Below, piece after piece: positions 63,351 to 64,000 of a DNA stretch of 64,000 nt. Position 1 is the stretch's first letter. Each line of letters starts with the position of its first letter. The DNA lies in assembly GCA_001179505.1 (NCBI GenBank), contig CDMY01000368.1:34365-98364 (forward strand), read 5' to 3'. A program made the position numbers and the translations under genes. This stretch comes from Vitrella brassicaformis CCMP3155. Taxonomy: Eukaryota > Protista > Chromerida. The notes beneath the pieces are model-generated. The model saw nothing but the letters and a program-made list of their open reading frames with translations, ran no database searches and was not told the DNA's origin.

Positions 63351-64000
63351 ATGGGACAGTCACAGGAGGACTGGGAGGCCGCAGTCAGCTTATTCGCGCA
63401 GGACTTCGCGCTCACCGTCATTTCCGAATCCATGAAGGTACGGGAGCGTGTCTGGCATTCATTCATCAAGGATGCCTCCGTGGCTGCCTCAATTGACACA
63501 GGAGCTTGGATTGGAGCTCGAAGAGGAGGTCGAGGGTGTCAGCGAGCCGCAGGAGTCCGACCAGGAGGTGCTCCCTGTGCTGATGGATGCGCTGACGTCG
63601 GCGCATCCGCCAAAGCGGCCTATGGGGAGCCCCAGCCGCAAGACAAAAACACGTCCTCCTGACGCCCCGGTTCCCGGCGTCCGGGATAATGACATACCTC
63701 CCCCAGAGCCGTCGCCTCGCCGTGAGTGGCTCGCCGACTCGCCGCCCCGCCCAAAACAAGTCCCTGATGTCATGTACGGCAGCCCCGCCGCAGCGCTGAG
63801 CCGCCACGCCCGTGTGCATCAGTGGGAGCGGGAGAAGCAGAAGGAGGCCGCCAAGGAGGTCCTCCGGTGGAAGAGGGAAGCCGAGTCGCGTCGGAAGAAG
63901 GTCAAGGAGAAGGAGGAGAGAAGAGCGGCTGCCATAAAGGCGGAGATCGATAAACTGTTCGCCCGCCACAAGAAGGAGATGGACCATTGGCGTGAGTTGG
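63351..64000 (+). CDS. Hypothetical coiled-coil protein, 3' partial
   Basis: Exon MGQSQEDWEAAV...SESMK|gtacgg, intron to cag at ~63501, then an open frame ELGLELEEEV...QWEREKQKEAAKEVLRWKREAESRRKKVKEKEERR... running to the window end. Confidence 0.6.

Noticed and set aside
1-64000. tRNA, rRNA, snoRNA or spliced-leader genes
   Set aside because: No recognisable cloverleaf, rRNA conserved blocks or SL motif seen by eye. A tRNAscan-SE/Infernal run is needed to exclude small RNAs.

Overview
Intron-rich, GC-rich eukaryotic nuclear DNA with microsatellite-laden introns. A plastid-targeted lycopene cyclase with a bipartite leader and a glucan water dikinase without a leader suggest a photosynthetic alveolate, most likely a chromerid such as Vitrella (inference). 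About 15 spliced genes were reconstructed by hand: a double Cache-HAMP/TPR/VWA receptor (5' partial), lycopene beta-cyclase, a polycystin/GPS-type membrane protein, a degenerate PP2C, a Tim21/Coa1-like protein, a secreted kinase, a NUMOD3-repeat protein, an eIF2A-GYF fusion, an unknown membrane protein, HUS1, a SHIPPO/PG-repeat flagellar protein, an RRM-like protein, DDB1 (spanning a 300-N gap), GWD, and a coiled-coil gene running off the end. No rRNA, tRNA, CRISPR or intact mobile element was seen. The most interesting observations are: (1) an in-frame eIF2A + Q/P-rich linker + GYF fusion; (2) a roughly 9-kb block with lower GC and short, repeat-free introns that covers only the 3' halves of the convergent DDB1 and GWD genes; (3) a nuclease-less NUMOD3-repeat protein with a plastid-type leader; (4) a tandem-sensor receptor with a VWA output domain; (5) head-to-head telomere-like repeats; (6) a shared palindrome in two bidirectional promoters. 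Exon boundaries were set manually and some gene ends are approximate.
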